This document shows positions 61,980-64,000 of a DNA stretch of 64,000 bases, piece by piece. Numbering within the stretch: the stretch's first letter is position 1; the number at the start of each line of letters is the position of its first letter. Position numbers and translations under genes: made by a program. The DNA is from an uncultured Actinomycetes bacterium (GTDB lineage: Bacteria > Actinomycetota > Acidimicrobiia > IMCC26256 > PALSA-610), in NCBI GenBank assembly GCA_963841195.1, contig CAWJBX010000009.1:94998-158997 (forward strand), given 5' to 3'. Below the pieces are notes generated by a model, which saw nothing but the letters and a program-made list of their open reading frames with translations, did not search any database and was not told the DNA's origin.

Positions 61980-62849
61980 GCGGGTTGGCAGGAAAACGCG
62001 CTGAATGGGCGGCGGCCGTAATCCCCAGTAAGAGCGACGCGCCGCCGATGAACGCGGCTGCGACGTAGCCGAGCGCGACCTGATTCGCTTTGCGCGCTTG
62101 CAACATCGCTTCGGTGACGAGCACGCCCCCGATGATGCCGCCGATGTGCGCGGCGATCGACACGTTCGTGATGACGAAATAGTCGAGGAACAAGTTGATG
62201 AGGATCAACGGACCGAGGCCGGTGTCCCAGAAGCGCACGCCCGGCGTTGCATCACGAGCGTCGCGGCGGCCGCCAAACCGAAGCAACCGCCCGACGCGCC
62301 GCCCGAGAGCACGTTGGGCTGCATGACGAGCGCGGCCGCGGCGCCGGCGAGCACGGAGACGACGTAGATGGTCGTGAACCGGATCGAGCCCGCGCCGGGC
62401 TCGAGGATCTGGCCGACGATCCAGATCAAGAACATGTTGAACAAGATGTGCAAGAAGCCGAAGTGCACAAGCGAGTGGGTGAACATCCGGTACCACTCAC
62501 CGTTGTGTACGTCGGGTCCGTAGAGCGCGAGGTCACGCGATGTCTGGCCCAGCCCGTCCCAGCGACCGTCGCGCAACGCGATGAGGACGAATGCGATGAC
62601 GTTGACGAGGATGATCGCTTTCGTGGCGGCCAGGTCGATGCCTTTGACCCGGCGCCGCAACCGTTCGCTTCCGGAGGGTGTGCCGGCGCTCACGCACTCG
62701 ACACAGTGCGATCCGACCGATGCCTCTTGCAAACACTCCGGGCACGCCGGACGGCCGCAGCGCGTGCAGTGGCGGCCCGTCACACGGTCGGGGTGGCGAT
62801 AACACGTCGTCGGCGCACTCGGCGGCGTCGGCTGCGGGTCCGGCTGCAT
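61980..62849 (-). pseudogene. Rhomboid-family intramembrane serine protease with N-terminal zinc ribbon (one frameshift; 3' end unresolved)
   Basis: CYRHPDRVTGRHCTRCGRPACPECL zinc ribbon; GASGGCFGL (GxSG) and AHIGGIIGGVL (His) rhomboid motifs. Stop codon not found in frame. Confidence 0.6.
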
Positions 62850-62919
62850 CGTTCCTGCACGGTACCGGCTCCGATGGTCGATGCCGGCGCGGCGCGAGAG
62901 CGCGGTTAGTTTCAAGCGC

Positions 62920-64000
62920 GTGGCTCAGGTTGATGCGGCCGAACGCGGGCTGACCGCCGACGAGGTCGCGACCCGCGTCCGGGAAGGGCAGCGTCAACTT
63001 CTGCCGACGAGCACACGAGCCGGACGTTGGGCGAGATCGTCCGCGCCAACGTCTTTACGCGCTTCAACGCACTCCTCGGCACGATGTTCGTCTTGATCCT
63101 GATCTTCGGTGCGGGTCAGGACGCGCTCTTCGGTTTCGTGCTCTTGTTCAACACGCTGATCGGCGTCATACAGGAGTGGCGCGCCAAGCGGACGCTCGAT
63201 CGTCTCGCGGTGTTGTCGGCGCCGCGCGCGCATGTCGTGCGCGACGGCGCGGTCGCCGATATTCCGGTCGAGGACATCGTGGTCGACGACGTCTCTCGAA
63301 CTGCGTACCGGCGACCAGGTTCCCGCCGACGGGACCGTGCTCTCGAGCGACGGGCTCGAAGTCGACGAGTCGTTGCTCACCGGCGAATCAGATCCCGTGT
63401 CGCATCATCCCGGCGACGACGTTCGTTCGGGCAGCATCGTCGTCGCGGGAAACGCGCGCATGCGTGCCACGGCCGTCGGCGCCGACGCGTACGCGCGACA
63501 AGCTCGCGATCGAAGCGCGCCGGTTTGCGCTCGTGCGTTCGGAGTTGATGGACGGCATCAACACGATCTTGCGCTACGTGCAATGGGCGCTGATCCCGAC
63601 CGCGGCGCTCCTCGCGCTCAGCCAGTTCCAGACGCCACACTCGAGTACGCGCGAGGCGATCGCGGGTGTCGTGGCCGGCGTCGTCGCGATGATCCCCGAA
63701 GGACTCGTGCTGCTGACGAGCGTTGCGTTTGCGGTCGCCGCGGTTGCGCTGGCGCGCAAGTCGGTGCTCGTGCAGGAACTTCCCGCGGTGGAGGGGCTGG
63801 CCCGTATCGACGTCGTGCTGCTCGACAAGACGGGCACGCTCACCGAAGGTGCGATCCAGTTCGACCAGGTGCACCCGCTCGACGAGGGTGATCACGCCAT
63901 CGACGACGCCCTGGGCGCGTTGGCCGACGACGAGCACGGCAACGCGACGCTCGTGGCGCTCGGGCACGCGTTCCCGCCGCCGCAAGGGTGGGAGCGCACC
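62920..64000 (+). pseudogene. Cation-transporting P-type ATPase (partial at window end, frameshifted)
   Basis: N-terminal cation-ATPase_N, TGES-like TGESDPV, phosphorylation motif DKTGTLTEG; at least 3 frameshifts. Confidence 0.7.

Noticed and set aside
1-64000. Mobile elements such as transposases, integrases or phage genes, and other RNA genes (rRNA, additional tRNA)
   Set aside because: No transposase or integrase motifs, terminal inverted repeats, or rRNA-like segments were seen. Only the tRNA-Gln/tRNA-Glu pair was found.

Overview
This is a 64 kb stretch of high-GC (about 70%) chromosome, Actinobacteria-like, with no obvious mobile elements or CRISPR array.

**Gene content, start to end**
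- Leucine and branched-chain block: leuD/leuC, a divergent IclR (LtbR-like) regulator, a degraded hydantoinase hyuA-hyuB pair with a small OmpR-type winged-helix regulator, greA, leuB, ilvE and cimA/leuA.
- An acyl-CoA dehydrogenase, an archaeal-type proS, and gltX followed by tRNA-Gln and tRNA-Glu.
- An aminoglycoside-phosphotransferase-family kinase, then HU (hupB) followed by a separately encoded Lys/Ala-rich histone-tail-like gene.
- PIG-L deacetylase and a CofC-like gene, then a translationally coupled plsC-gpsA-unknown-adenylate cyclase operon.
- A DUF2510 membrane protein, and a TetR/MFS efflux pair with two tandem palindromic operators.
- A methyltransferase, a large membrane protein, a PAP2 phosphatase, an SPFH protein, a GH38 alpha-mannosidase and an orphan truncated KdpD-like/KdpE pair.
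- Paralogous Ser/Thr-rich secreted proteins, a PQQ-propeller lipoprotein, rpiB, a GYD protein, rnhB and pgi.
- A LexA-boxed imuA'-imuB-dnaE2 mutasome cassette.
- A surface-protein locus: ECF sigma and anti-sigma flanked by two duplicated A-B gene pairs, one pair with LPFTG anchors and the other ending in ETTFTF.
- An amidohydrolase, a PilZ protein, an MgtE-like transporter with a TrkA-C regulator, a rhomboid protease and a partial P-type ATPase.

**Frameshift pattern**
- Many genes can only be reconstructed across multiple frameshifts. These include greA, leuB, ilvE and pgi.
- The frameshifts come in patches: about 1.7-12.5 kb, 32.6-37.5 kb and 57.5-64 kb.
- Roughly 30 kb in between is intact.
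- This points to uneven assembly or consensus quality, or a low-coverage or mixed-strain origin, rather than ordinary gene decay.
- Frameshifted genes are listed as pseudogene or frameshifted, and their coordinates span the reconstructed gene.
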